DNA of 64,000 nt from Nitrosopumilus sp. (GCA_965205215.1 OZ242041.1:800001-864000); one strand, 5' to 3'; counted from the first letter of the stretch, positions 27,533-38,170 are shown. Made by a program: numbers and translations. The notes: generated from the letters alone by a model not told the origin.

Positions 27533-29384
27533 TCAGTACGCGTACGCGGGATCCTTTTCGCGCTGCATCCTCACTATCTCCTCGAGCACCTGCTGCTCCT
27601 CGGGGCTCAGCCTGCCCCAGAACCTGTTCTGCAGCTCCTTTGCCTCCCTTGAGGAGGGGGCAGTATAGTACGTCGAGCCCTCCGTCACCTGCCTGCCTAT
27701 GGCCACGTCGTTGACGGAGCACGCCACCTCCTGGCCCGCCGAGGCGGCCGGCACGGTCTTCTTGTCAAGCTGCAGCTGGTGTATCGTACCTATCCTCCTT
27801 GCCGACTCGCTCATGAACGGCGCCTTTTGGCGGAGCGTCCCCACGTCGACCCGTATGCCGAACACGGCCGGGTTGCTGTTTCGGAACGCCATGTCTTTCA
27901 GAAAGGTGAACCTTGCGACCGGCGTCATTTCTGAGAATATAGCGTTCTCCTGGTCTGCCGTGTCCTCCGACACCCACGCGCTGTACGAGTCTATCATGCT
28001 GTAGATCACCTTGTCCTCGAAGATCCGTATGTGCGCCGTGTCGGCCTCCTCCCTCGCGTCCGGCAGCACCCTCACGTTGAACGCGAGTATGACGCCAAGG
28101 TGCCTGTCCTTCTCCTTTATCGCCTTTGCCTGCACTATGTCGCGCCTGTTGACGGGCCCGATGTCGGCCTTTGAGACGGCGACCCCCGCGTCCCGCAGCA
28201 TGGACACCGTGGCCTCCAGGGACCCTATGGTGTCGCACCTCAGTATGACGCCGCTTGCAGTCTGCGTGTCGTCGACGAACACGGACTCCATCTCGTCCCT
28301 GATCATCTTGGCGTACCTCTCGGCGTCGGACTCGGCCGAGTCCCCCGACGCCACGTACAGGGTGCTGCCGGGCAGCACGCCGTCGAGCTCCGGCGAGGTT
28401 ATCTTCAGGCCCGCCGCCGCGTCGACGCGGCTGACTGGCGTGAACTTGTCGCGCGGATCGCGCATCTCGTCGAGCGCCTTTGGCAGCAGGATCGCCTTGG
28501 GTTTTGCCACCGCGACGGAGTCGCGCCTGGCGGCCACCACGATGTCGTCCTTTCCCATGGACCCGTCGATGAGTATGACGTTGGCCGAGGGCCCCAGCCC
28601 CACCTCGTCGTTGACCTCGAGGATCATCCCGCGGGTCTCCTTGCCGGAGACGCCCAGCTTTTTCTGCAGGTACTGCTGGGTCAGCCCCACGAGCACGCCG
28701 AGCAGCTCGGGTATCCCGACCCCGCTCCGGGCAGACATCGGAACGATTGCAACCTCGCTCTTAAAGTCCCGCACGCGGCTGAACGCCTCGGCCTTGTACC
28801 CCCTGACCGACAGGGTGCCGACCACGTCGTATATCTTCTGGTCCAGGTCGGCCTGCACCGACGGATCCTGCTCCTTTAGGGCCTGCGATATGTACGGCGA
28901 CTCCGTCTGCCGCCACCCGGATATCTGGTCGCACTTGTTGAGGGCTATAACGAAGGGCACCTTGCGCTCGCCGAGTATCTTGAGGCTCTCGGTGGTCTGC
29001 GGCTGGAAGCCCCTGTTTGCGTCGACCACGAGTATGGCTATGTCTGCAGCCGAGCCGCCCCTGGACCTCAGGTTCGTGAACACCTCGTGCCCGGGCGTGT
29101 CGATTACTAGTATGCCCGGGATCGGGCTGCCGGTCTGCGACTCGAGCCTGTTGTACAGGGCGGGCCCGCACATGTCCCGTATGACCTCGATTGGCAGGAA
29201 GCTCGCGCCGATGTGCTGCGTGATGCCGCCTGCCTCCCTGCCCTGCACGCCGGTGCCGCGTATGCGGTCAAGCAGCGAGGTCTTGCCGCTGTCTACGTGG
29301 CCCAGGACGGCCACTATGGGCTGGCGTACGGCCCCTCCCTCTGGGGCCTGCTGTCCTTTCTGCGTGGCTGGCGACGTACTGCAT
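27533..29384 (-). CDS. infB: Translation initiation factor IF-2 (aIF5B); 5' end has a reading-frame anomaly
   Basis: RQPIVAVLGHVDSGKT, GGITQHIGA, IDTPGHE, NKCD. The ATG coupled to the ndk stop (29384) is 1 nt out of frame with the body, which is open from 29314. Confidence 0.93.
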
Positions 29385-29791
29385 CACCCACCAAAGACCA
29401 CCCTCGATTCGTGCTCGAAACTCTCCCCCGAGTCCGACGCGTGTATGATGTTGTCCGTGAATCCCAAACCGTAGTCGCCGCGTATGGAGCCCGGCTGGGC
29501 CTCAAACGACTTTGTGGCCCCTATCATGGTGCGCACGGCCGGGACCGCGTGGCCGCCCTCGATGACTGCAGCCACCACCGGCCCCGAGCATATGAACGAG
29601 ACGAGCTCGCCGAAGAACGGCTTTTCGCTGTGCACCTTGTAGAACTGCTCGGCCTGCTGTTCCGTGAACTGGAACATCTTCAGGTGCGTGATCTTGAAGC
29701 CCTTCTGCTCGAACCTGGCTATGATGGAGCCCGTGAGGTTCCTGGATACCGCGTCCGGCTTTACTATGAACAGCGTCTTCTCAGTGGTCAT
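29384..29791 (-). CDS. ndk: Nucleoside diphosphate kinase
   Basis: IVKPDAV, PGSIRGDYG, NIIHASDS. Confidence 0.97.
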   Translation of the reverse strand: MTTEKTLFIVKPDAVSRNLTGSIIARFEQKGFKITHLKMFQFTEQQAEQFYKVHSEKPFFGELVSFICSGPVVAAVIEGGHAVPAVRTMIGATKSFEAQPGSIRGDYGLGFTDNIIHASDSGESFEHESRVVFGG

Positions 29792-29830
29792 CTTGTATCA
29801 TCCCTCGCGTGGTGCCGCCATGCATGGCTA

Positions 29831-30031
29831 TTACTTTCTTTTGATTCCGCCCTTTACGTACTTTTTCGTCCACTTTAGCTTGCGCGGGTCCCTCTTCAGC
29901 TCGAGCGCGTTCTTCTTGCACTTTGAGGAGCAGAACCACAGGACGGTGCCGTCGTTCTTTGCAAGCATCGTACCGGAGCCCTTTGGGACGGGCCTGTCGC
30001 AAAAGCTGCACGGCTTTACAAGTAGGCTCAT
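29831..30031 (-). CDS. rpl24e: 50S ribosomal protein L24e
   Basis: CSFC...GSGTM...FCSSKC...PRKLKWT. Confidence 0.97.
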   Translation of the reverse strand: MSLLVKPCSFCDRPVPKGSGTMLAKNDGTVLWFCSSKCKKNALELKRDPRKLKWTKKYVKGGIKRK

Positions 30032-30050
30032 CTCATCACTACCTCTCAGA

Positions 30051-30308
30051 CTACTTTATCTTCTTGGCCTCGCGCTCAGTCTCCCTCAGCATGAGTATCT
30101 CGCCGGTCCTGATGGAGCCCTTTACGTTCCTGGTCAGTATGCGCCCCCTGTCCTTGCCGGTCAGTATGCGCACCCTGACCTGTATGACCTCGCCTGCTAT
30201 GCCGGTCCTGCCGACTATCTGTATCACCTCTGACTGGACGACGTCGTCAGCAGACGCCATGGACTGCTTTGAGCTGCTGCTGCTGCTCGACGAGTCCGCC
30301 GCGCTCAT
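30051..30308 (-). CDS. rps28e: 30S ribosomal protein S28e
   Basis: [24 protein letters not shown]; poly-Ser N-terminal extension. Confidence 0.96.
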   Translation of the reverse strand: MSAADSSSSSSSSKQSMASADDVVQSEVIQIVGRTGIAGEVIQVRVRILTGKDRGRILTRNVKGSIRTGEILMLRETEREAKKIK

Positions 30309-30691
30309 TTGCCGTCAGCGCCGTCCTTTATCTTGGCTATGGATGCGACCACTTGGTCGACTATGTGCTGGGCGTCGCCGGGGTCGAGTATGGCTGCCGC
30401 CGCGGACGTGATGTCGATGCCGATGGACTTGCCCAGGTCGTCCTTGGAGGGGACGAACGCGTACGCAGCTCCCTGCTCCTCGCACAGTATGGGCAGGTGG
30501 GCCACCACCTCGGGGGGCTCCACGTCCTCTGCTATTACCACCAGTTTGGAGGTGCCGCGCTCTATGGCCTTTGTGGCCTCGTTTGTGCCCTTTCTCACCT
30601 TGCCGCTTGTGGCGGCCACGCGGACTGCCTCCAGAATAGGGCTTACCAGGTCCTCGGGCGTCTCGAATTTAACGTAATATGCCTTTGCCAT
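30305..30691 (-). CDS. rpl7ae: 50S ribosomal protein L7Ae
   Basis: [28 protein letters not shown]. Confidence 0.97.
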   Translation of the reverse strand: MAKAYYVKFETPEDLVSPILEAVRVAATSGKVRKGTNEATKAIERGTSKLVVIAEDVEPPEVVAHLPILCEEQGAAYAFVPSKDDLGKSIGIDITSAAAAILDPGDAQHIVDQVVASIAKIKDGADGK

Positions 30692-31118
30692 AGTTTGTGG
30701 TCACCTTTTGGATCATTCTCAGACTGGGCTCCAGATTTTGGTTTTAAAAGTGTTGAGAGCCTTTCTTGCCGTGCGGTCACTTGATCCTCGACGAATGTGC
30801 AGGCACGCCACCTGCATGACGAGCAGTGCGATACTGACTGGGTACTACTGTGAATTCGGTTGATGAATTCTGGGATCCTAGTCATCCTTATTCCAGCAGA
30901 TCCACTGCGTTGTCTCTGCACGATGCGTGGTGGAAAGCTCAGGGAGGAAAATCGCCGAAATCGCATCCAAAATGTCCGGCTTACTTTTACATGCGGTTGG
31001 GATCCCCCATATATGGAAGCAGGAATTGGCGCCGGCCGGTTCGCGCCGGCGGGACGCAACGCGGAACCTACTCCCGCCAAGGATGTCAGCAGGCGGGGCT
31101 GCCCACGTGGAGGATGAA

Positions 31119-32627
31119 ATGATAACCGAGGACGAGAAGCAGCAGATCGCAGATTCGATAGTGCGGGCATTTGACAAGCACGCACATAGACAGTACCGCA
31201 ATCTCTTCGCTGGAATTGCGGAAAAAAAGGGCGGAATACGCGAGACGACCATCGAAGACCGATTCCTCAGCCTACGTGCCAGCAGCATCGACTCGTACAT
31301 GCGCGTGCTGGAGATGCGCGCCAGAAGCAAACCTGTCATGAAGCGCAGGCCGATCCTGACGAGGGCCGCCATACTCTCCCTTGCAAAGGGCGACTTTGCG
31401 CTGTCGGAGCTTGACCGTGACACGGACCGATTCCGCAGCGACGGAGATTCGCGCCGAGGCTACACGGACCGGCAACAGCGGAGGCTTCTCCGCGAGATCC
31501 ACGGGGACATGTTCTTCGATCCAGAACCCGATCCAGCGCAAAAGCAGGGAGACAGAAGAGAAAGGCGGATTGCTAGCGTGTTTTCGGATGGCGGCCCGCC
31601 CTGGGACCCGGCAGGTGATCGGGCGCGCGAATTTCTTGACGATGCCGCCAAGATCCTGCCGGCAGTCTCCGGTGCTGGCAAAATGAGGCGGGTTGCCCTC
31701 AACTCGATCCTCCGGCTTGCCTTCCCAAAGTATCTCGAGGGGGTAATGGCATTCAGGGACGAGTGCAGGGCCGTCTTCGAAAGCCTGGGCCAGAGCAATG
31801 ACAGGATCGACTTTCTGCGGGAGCAACTAGTCGAAAGCCCGCGCCTGCTTGATGGGGTCTACTCCCATCTGACTTCGATCCTCGACTTGGCGTGGTTCCG
31901 AACTCGGAAAAATGCGGAAAAGGAACTGCTCCTCAAACCGGCCCCACAGGCAAAGTACGGCCCCGATGACGCCCGGAATGCGCGCGGGATACTGGTCGGC
32001 ATCTACGGGCCGGATTTGGCGCATCACTTTCTAGACGCCTCCGGTACGGCCTTCCTGCAATACAACAGGCCGTCGGCCGCCGCCTATGTGTTCATTGAAT
32101 GCTCCGACATGGCGAGAAACGACATGAATCGCGGGAGCGCGTGGCAGAACGTGGCGGTCTGTCACAGAATGAAAAATAACTTCAAACTCGCGCTCCGCGC
32201 TCTGAGGAAGGCCTTGGACTGCTTCGAGGCGACTGGGGACACATACAGGGTCTGCAACGCGCTGCAGCTGATCGGGGAGAGTCAGTGGCGGCTCGGGTTC
32301 AGGGATGCTGCGATGGGGTCGTTTGACGAGGTCGAGAGGCGCGGCATGGAGATGGAAGCTGAAATGAGGTGGCGGAGCCAGTACATACTGGGGATGTCCT
32401 TTGGGCGCCTAGGCGAGATGGGGCTGCGCAGGGCGCATTTGGTAAAAGCCCTCAAAATGATTCCGGAGGAAGACACGAGTGAGATCCTTCGGGTAAACGG
32501 CCTAATCGATTATGAGCACCCAATATCGCCTGACGCGATGTTGCCTCAAGGGTTGAGAGAAGAGCTTGACGATGCAGTGAGTAGCCTATGGAAGGCGCTG
32601 TACGAAAGGGGAGAACGGGCATTATGA
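31119..32627 (+). CDS. Hypothetical protein with C-terminal TPR-like repeats
   Basis: AWQNVAVCH..ALRALRKAL, ALQLIGESQWRLG, YILGMSFGRLG..HLVKAL; GGAGGA before ATG 31119 (ORF open from 30927). Confidence 0.7.
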   Translation: MITEDEKQQIADSIVRAFDKHAHRQYRNLFAGIAEKKGGIRETTIEDRFLSLRASSIDSYMRVLEMRARSKPVMKRRPILTRAAILSLAKGDFALSELDRDTDRFRSDGDSRRGYTDRQQRRLLREIHGDMFFDPEPDPAQKQGDRRERRIASVFSDGGPPWDPAGDRAREFLDDAAKILPAVSGAGKMRRVALNSILRLAFPKYLEGVMAFRDECRAVFESLGQSNDRIDFLREQLVESPRLLDGVYSHLTSILDLAWFRTRKNAEKELLLKPAPQAKYGPDDARNARGILVGIYGPDLAHHFLDASGTAFLQYNRPSAAAYVFIECSDMARNDMNRGSAWQNVAVCHRMKNNFKLALRALRKALDCFEATGDTYRVCNALQLIGESQWRLGFRDAAMGSFDEVERRGMEMEAEMRWRSQYILGMSFGRLGEMGLRRAHLVKALKMIPEEDTSEILRVNGLIDYEHPISPDAMLPQGLREELDDAVSSLWKALYERGERAL

Positions 32628-33053
32628 TCTCCCCCTCGACACCTCCTGTATTCTCCGATTGGGCAGGACAACAGCGCGGTCGGCTTCCTGCCTTCCATGG
32701 CAGGAAAGGGCCTCATGACGCGATAGGCTTTGGAATTGCACATGCCGACCGCAAGTCAGCGCCCCGCCCTTTGGTTGTACGGCCAGTTCTCGCACGCGGC
32801 GGACTCAAATCGTATCGAGTCGTTGCGGTTGTAGTATATCGCAGCCAAGACAATTGGGATCTATTCCGATGCAAGGAAACCGGGCGTTTTGGATCTAGGA
32901 TGAAGCCGCAACGAGGCCGCGCCGGGCTCAAGCCGAATCGCCCGTTTTTCTTTGACGGGGATGAACTCGACGTGCCCCACAAACACGAAGAACGGTCATG
33001 CGGGGTTGAGTCGCTCCCGTGGACACCTGTATCGCACATCTCGGGAGGGAGAG

Positions 33054-33665
33054 ATGCAGCAGATCCGAGCAGGTGCGTACACGCCCGAACCGCGGGCTCT
33101 GCATCTGCGGGCACCCCCGCCTTGGGCAACGGAGGAGAGGACTAGATTGAGGATCGGCCACAGGGGAACCCGGAACAAATTCGTCGACGGCGCCGACTCC
33201 GACATGGTATTCAAGATCAAACAGTACCTGAGAAAAGAGCACAAGATACCGTTCAGTCAGATTCTGATCGAATGTAGCATGCTGTTTCACGCCAACGGGC
33301 ACAAACTACTCGGAACGCTCAAGCCCCGACGGATCGGGCGTATAAGGGGGCTTGTCCACACTCCCGATGTCGCGGTAACCGACTGCGCGGGAAGCCTCCT
33401 GTTCGTGATAGAGCAGGACGGCAGGATACACGAGTCGGCAGATGTTGCAGCGAGGGACAAGCTGCGGAACGGCCACTACGCCAAGGCCGGCATCCCGTGC
33501 ATAGTGTTGAAGAGCTCCGAGATACGATCAAGTCGGAAGTGCATGGCCGAAATCTTGGACAACGGACTCGAAAGACTTGGAATGAGAAAACCGGCAGGGC
33601 TGCACCTCTCGTTCTCCACTGCCCAATCTAGGCCAAAACGAACTGGGGGGACTGATGGCGTCTAG
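33054..33665 (+). CDS. DUF559/DUF2726-like (Vsr-type PD-(D/E)xK) endonuclease-domain protein
   Basis: TPDVAV...VIEQDGRIH...RDKLRNGHYAKAGIPCIVL; start uncertain. Confidence 0.7.
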   Translation: MQQIRAGAYTPEPRALHLRAPPPWATEERTRLRIGHRGTRNKFVDGADSDMVFKIKQYLRKEHKIPFSQILIECSMLFHANGHKLLGTLKPRRIGRIRGLVHTPDVAVTDCAGSLLFVIEQDGRIHESADVAARDKLRNGHYAKAGIPCIVLKSSEIRSSRKCMAEILDNGLERLGMRKPAGLHLSFSTAQSRPKRTGGTDGV

Positions 33666-34908
33666 GCCGGAACCGCCGCGTAATTCCCTCCCGCGTCCTG
33701 TGGTTCTGGTTTCGCTGGACTGGCTGAGGGAGGGGGATCCACCCTTCGGGCTGGGCTGCGCGTCCATCGCCTCCTCTCTCCGGGCCTGTGGGGTCCGCGT
33801 CGGGATCGTCTCGGACGCGGTGAACAGGCAAGGGTTCTCGCCGGATGCCTTCCTTGACCGCGTCTTGAAAGCGGTCTCCGGCGCCGGAACCCGGGCCTTG
33901 GTCGGAATCGGCGCCTACGTCTGGTGCGAGCCGGAGGTGCAGGCGCTTCTGCGCGCCCTCTGCCCCGGGGCAGACGTGGTGCTTGGAGGGCCGCAGGTCT
34001 CGTACGCGGGGCCTGGCCTTGAGCGGATGTATCCCGGAGCCCGCTATTTCGTGCGCGGGAATGGGGAGCTTGCGATGGTCTCGCTGGCCTGTGGCCGCGT
34101 GGTGAACGGCATGTACGGACTCCATGTAGCCGGGATGGGCGACCTCTGCACCAGGGCCGCCTTTCCGCTCGACTTACTGCCCTCGCCGTACCTTGACGGC
34201 ACCTCCCCGACAGGGCTCTTCGTCCGTTGGGAGACGCAGCGCGGATGCCAGTTTTCCTGCACCTTCTGCCAGCACAGGCAACCAGGGGCCCTCCTACGCA
34301 ACGCGTACTTTTCCATGGGGCGCCTACAGCGCGAGATGACCGCGTTCGCCGATGCTGGGACGGTCAAGATCGCCGTGCTGGACCCGATCTTCAATACCGT
34401 CAGCGGCCGGGCCGTGGATCTGCTGGAACGCATGAGGGAATCGGGCATCAGGGCCCGTTTGTCCCTCCAGTGCCGTTTTGAGCTGCTTACGGATGCCTTT
34501 CTGGACGCGGTAGAGCCCCTTGGCGCCACTCTTGAGTTTGGCCTGCAGACGGTCCACGACGACGAGGCCAGCGCGGTCGGCAGGCCAAACCACATGGACT
34601 CGGTGGAGCGCGCCATCACGAAACTGAACGCGCGAAAGATACCATACGAGGTCTCCCTGATCTACGGCCTGCCTTTCCAGACGGTGAGGCGCTTTCAGGA
34701 ATCGGTAGACTGGTGCCTGACGCGGGGGGTACCGAGGGTGCGCGCCTGGCCGCTTATGCTCCTGCGCGGTACCCCCATTCATGAACAGCAAGAGAAGTGG
34801 GGGTACGTCGAATCGGACGGTGAGCGTATCCCGGTAGTGGTGGAGAGTCGCTGGTTCTCGCGCAGAGACCATTCCAGAATGAAGGATATCGCCTCGGGTC
34901 TGTCCTGA
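33655..34908 (+). CDS. Cobalamin-binding-type radical SAM protein
   Basis: VGIGAYVW, VVLGGPQVS, LPSPYL, ETQRGCQFSCTFC (CxxxCxxC), EFGLQT, LIYGLP. Confidence 0.88.
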   Translation: MASRPEPPRNSLPRPVVLVSLDWLREGDPPFGLGCASIASSLRACGVRVGIVSDAVNRQGFSPDAFLDRVLKAVSGAGTRALVGIGAYVWCEPEVQALLRALCPGADVVLGGPQVSYAGPGLERMYPGARYFVRGNGELAMVSLACGRVVNGMYGLHVAGMGDLCTRAAFPLDLLPSPYLDGTSPTGLFVRWETQRGCQFSCTFCQHRQPGALLRNAYFSMGRLQREMTAFADAGTVKIAVLDPIFNTVSGRAVDLLERMRESGIRARLSLQCRFELLTDAFLDAVEPLGATLEFGLQTVHDDEASAVGRPNHMDSVERAITKLNARKIPYEVSLIYGLPFQTVRRFQESVDWCLTRGVPRVRAWPLMLLRGTPIHEQQEKWGYVESDGERIPVVVESRWFSRRDHSRMKDIASGLS

Positions 34909-35251
34909 CGCGCCGTTGCTTTTTTACCTCCGTCGAGCCAGTATCAGCTGGTCGCAGGGATTGTGATCACCTGTTCTTACCACCTGTATCCAGCCATGAA
35001 TGCAGCTCATCCTTTCCTCTTCCCTGTGCTTTATACTGACTATGCTTGGCCCTCTGCTACATGCAGTCATGACGTCCCGACTTGTATTATGCATACCATG
35101 AACGCCTTGTCACCGACAGGGAGTTCCAGGCGCGGTTTGACCGCAGGATAAAACAATACAGGGCACATTGGAATGAGGATGACTAGGACGCCTAGAATCC
35201 ATCAACCGAATCTGCAACAGTGTCGTTGACTGTTACCATTATTAACCCGCG

Positions 35252-35842
35252 TTGCCAATCCGCCTTGACTTGAACGACGTTGCACGTATTCTGGAGACAG
35301 GTGACAGCGCGCAAAAAATAAGCGTTCTTGAGGGGCTTGCCGCCACGGACCGCCCCGACATCATAGAGAAGATGATTGCGAGGCTTGATGATGATGACAT
35401 CCGGGTGAGGGGCGAGGCGTTCAGCTCGCTGATACTCAACGAGAACCGCATATACGAGCATCTGGTAAAGGGACTGGGCTCCGCGAGCAAGAACGTGCGC
35501 GGCTTTGCGTCGCTGGTACTTGCAAACAGGAACGAGACGGACTCGATTCCGGAGCTGGTAAAGCTCGCGCGCGACAAGCGGTCCATGGTAAGGTCGTGCG
35601 CCGTGGGGGCCTTGGGGCACATGCGCGCAAGCGGCCCCGACGTTGGGAGGGTACTGGCCGAGTCGCTGCTTGATGACAGCTCGGAGGTCCGGAAGAGCGC
35701 GGCCCACGCCATAATTACCACTGGTATTGACATCGCGCCGGACGTGATCGAGCGGGTGTCGGAACTGTGGGCCGGGGACGTGCAAGACGATCCGGATCTC
35801 GGGATGCTGCTTGGCAGACTCGAGGAGGGGCGCGGCGCGTGA
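35252..35842 (+). CDS. HEAT repeat protein
   Basis: LDDDDIRVRGEA, SKNVRGFA, RSMVRSCAVGALG, DSSEVRKSAA. Confidence 0.85.
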   Translation: MPIRLDLNDVARILETGDSAQKISVLEGLAATDRPDIIEKMIARLDDDDIRVRGEAFSSLILNENRIYEHLVKGLGSASKNVRGFASLVLANRNETDSIPELVKLARDKRSMVRSCAVGALGHMRASGPDVGRVLAESLLDDSSEVRKSAAHAIITTGIDIAPDVIERVSELWAGDVQDDPDLGMLLGRLEEGRGA

Positions 35843-35971
35843 TTGTTGTTGCTGCTGTTGTGATGAATGGTGATGGTGGCTGGTAATTATGATGACTGAC
35901 TATAGATGCGGGGACTGCGGCCTTTGCGCGAAACCTGTTTGCCGCGACACGGCGCACGGCAGGTGACTGCA

Positions 35972-36262
35972 ATGGGTGAAAGTCTCGGCATCACGTCGTC
36001 CTACGAGGAGTGGCTGGACGAGTTCATCATGATAAACTCGGATCCGGCCAGGTCCGACAACAGCAGCAGCGTGGGCTCGCCCCTGACGCGGCGCGACTAC
36101 TATGCCAGGTACTGCGGCCCCGACGTGGACCCGAAAGACGTCTACGAGCAGCACCTTGCAGCGGACAGGGAGAACCGCTCGAGGGGTGCCATAGCGGAAA
36201 CGTCCGCCGACGACGAGGACGCCCCCGAGACAGGCGGGGACGCCCGGGATCGTAATCCTTAA
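35972..36262 (+). CDS. Hypothetical acidic protein
   Basis: ORF with host-like codon usage; no recognised motif. Confidence 0.5.
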   Translation: MGESLGITSSYEEWLDEFIMINSDPARSDNSSSVGSPLTRRDYYARYCGPDVDPKDVYEQHLAADRENRSRGAIAETSADDEDAPETGGDARDRNP

Positions 36263-36290
36263 GATATTACGACCCGTCCTGTGACAAGAC

Positions 36291-37742
36291 ATGCACGGCC
36301 CTACTGCAAGCAGCCCCCCGGTGCTGCCCTCCGGAAAGATGGTCATGTGGGCGCTCGCGCAGGTTGTGGGCAGGCCCGGCAGCACCATCTCCGAGGTGGA
36401 AACCGCCCGGGGCAGGACGTGCGGCAGGGGAGACCGGACGCAGCACGCCCACAGAGACGACGCCGTATGGCACGGCTCCGGCAAGGTCGTCGATCAGGTG
36501 GCCGGGCTCCTGAACCTTGATCGCAGTGCGGTGTCCGGGAGCGGCATACTGGCAGTCGACTTTTACCAGTCTGTCATGGCGCAGATCTCGGCGCTGCGCG
36601 CCAGGGGGTGCATCGCGGACTGGAGGGCAGGCGGGCGCCTCGGGGTCTTCCGCCTGGCTGATCCCTCGAGGCTACCTGACATCGACCCGGACGGGCTGCG
36701 CCCCCCTTCGTACGCCGCGATGTCCACGGACACGTCGACTGCCGGGCTGATCAAGAGCTTTCTGTCCATACTGGACCGCGGCTCAAAGGCCAACACGTAC
36801 AAGTTTGCGCTCGCTCGCGCCATATTGGAGCACTGCAAGGGCGGCTACCGCGGCGCGGGCCGGGAAAAGGAGGGGGAGAGGCAGTCAGTCCTGCGCATAC
36901 CATACGGGTACCTGGCCGCCAAGTTTCTCAAATATTATTGGCACCAGGAGTACGTGTTGCACATGCGCCAGAACTACGACGCAAAGCACGTGCCGCACGC
37001 CATAACAAAGCTCAGGGATGTATTCGGGGAGAGCACGCCAGCGGACTATTCGCTTCTCGACAAAAAGGACAGGGAGAGGGCCAGGAAGCTCATACTGAAA
37101 AACGTGTTCGGGAACACCAGGTCCAAAACATCGATAGTGGTGCCGCGCTTTCAAAAAATACCCGTCGGAAACCGGACGGCGGAGGTGCGGTCGTTTTACG
37201 ACTATGACGACGACGAACAGGCCATAATGCTGAGACCCGAGGCGTTCGAGTTCTTCCAAAAGTATAACGCGCTGCTCTCAAAGGCCGTCCTTGTGGGATG
37301 GACAAAGTTCCTCGAGCCGATAAACCCAACCCTGCCGAGGCTCCTGACAAAGATCGAGAAGATGAGCGCCAAGAAACGGGCGCTGACAAAGTACCACAAC
37401 ATGCTCAGCCCGTTCACGGACTGCTGCTTTTACTGCCGCGACAGGCTCGAGCCCGGCTACGTGCAGGTGGACCACCTGATCCCGTGGACGTACATATACG
37501 ACAACAACGCGTGGAACCTGGTGCTGGCCTGCCAACCGTGCAACTGCAAGAAGAGCAACTCGCTTCCAGAGGACGAGTTTCTCGACGGGCTCATGGAAAG
37601 AAACCGCAGGCACCGCGGCGAGATCCCCCCGCTTAGGGCGTCCCTTGACATGCTTGACCGCGGCAGGGGGTGGGAGGCCGAGATTAACACCCACTACCAG
37701 ACGTGCCTCGAGTACGGCTTTGGCACGATACGCCTCCCCTGA
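36291..37742 (+). CDS. HNH endonuclease with extended N-terminal domains
   Basis: NTYKFALARAIL; CFYC...VDHLIPW...NLVLACQPCNCKKS. Confidence 0.85.
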   Translation: MHGPTASSPPVLPSGKMVMWALAQVVGRPGSTISEVETARGRTCGRGDRTQHAHRDDAVWHGSGKVVDQVAGLLNLDRSAVSGSGILAVDFYQSVMAQISALRARGCIADWRAGGRLGVFRLADPSRLPDIDPDGLRPPSYAAMSTDTSTAGLIKSFLSILDRGSKANTYKFALARAILEHCKGGYRGAGREKEGERQSVLRIPYGYLAAKFLKYYWHQEYVLHMRQNYDAKHVPHAITKLRDVFGESTPADYSLLDKKDRERARKLILKNVFGNTRSKTSIVVPRFQKIPVGNRTAEVRSFYDYDDDEQAIMLRPEAFEFFQKYNALLSKAVLVGWTKFLEPINPTLPRLLTKIEKMSAKKRALTKYHNMLSPFTDCCFYCRDRLEPGYVQVDHLIPWTYIYDNNAWNLVLACQPCNCKKSNSLPEDEFLDGLMERNRRHRGEIPPLRASLDMLDRGRGWEAEINTHYQTCLEYGFGTIRLP

Positions 37743-37848
37743 TGGCAGACGCGCCCGGGCAGCGTGCGGCGGCCGCCGTCACCGATGCCGCAGCGCCTTT
37801 TCCGCACCGCATCTTAACTATAAATAATACACAACCTGTCGGGTTGCA

Positions 37849-38136
37849 ATGTCTAACGAAGCAAGAGACACCATATTCATAGGCAAGAAGCCGCTGATGA
37901 CGTACGTGACTGCCACAGCGATTCAGCTGGTCAACCTGCCAAAAGTGAACATCAAGGCTCGGGGGCTCAGCATCGGGCACGCCGTAGACGTCGCCCAGCT
38001 CGTCTTGAGAAAGACCGAGATTGCTGGCTGCTCTATCGGAGAGATCCGCATAGGCTCCGAGTCCCTCAAGTCTCAGGACGGACGAACGCGAAACGTATCG
38101 ACGATCGAGATCGAGGTAAAGAGAAACTCCCAGTGA
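37849..38136 (+). CDS. albA: DNA/RNA-binding protein Alba
   Basis: IFIGKKPLMTYV, IKARGLSIGHAVDVA, VSTIEI; TATAAATA at 37819. Confidence 0.95.
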   Translation: MSNEARDTIFIGKKPLMTYVTATAIQLVNLPKVNIKARGLSIGHAVDVAQLVLRKTEIAGCSIGEIRIGSESLKSQDGRTRNVSTIEIEVKRNSQ

Positions 38137-38137
38137 G

Positions 38138-38170
38138 TCTCTCTTTTTTGGCATTTTTTATACTATTTTC
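38138..38170 (+). terminator. T-rich terminator after alba
   Basis: CTTTTTTGGCATTTTTTATACTATTTT. Confidence 0.6.

Larger units (their letters stand above)
30854..35211. mobile_element. Putative non-autonomous element or cassette bounded by imperfect inverted repeats (30854-30895 and 35169-35211)
   Basis: 38 of 43 aligned positions match between the two ends in inverted orientation; three non-core genes inside; no intact transposase or target-site duplication seen. Confidence 0.6.

Noticed and set aside
32588-33145. 185-aa track ORF between the TPR and nuclease genes
   Set aside because: No recognisable motif, overlaps both neighbours, and composition does not look coding.
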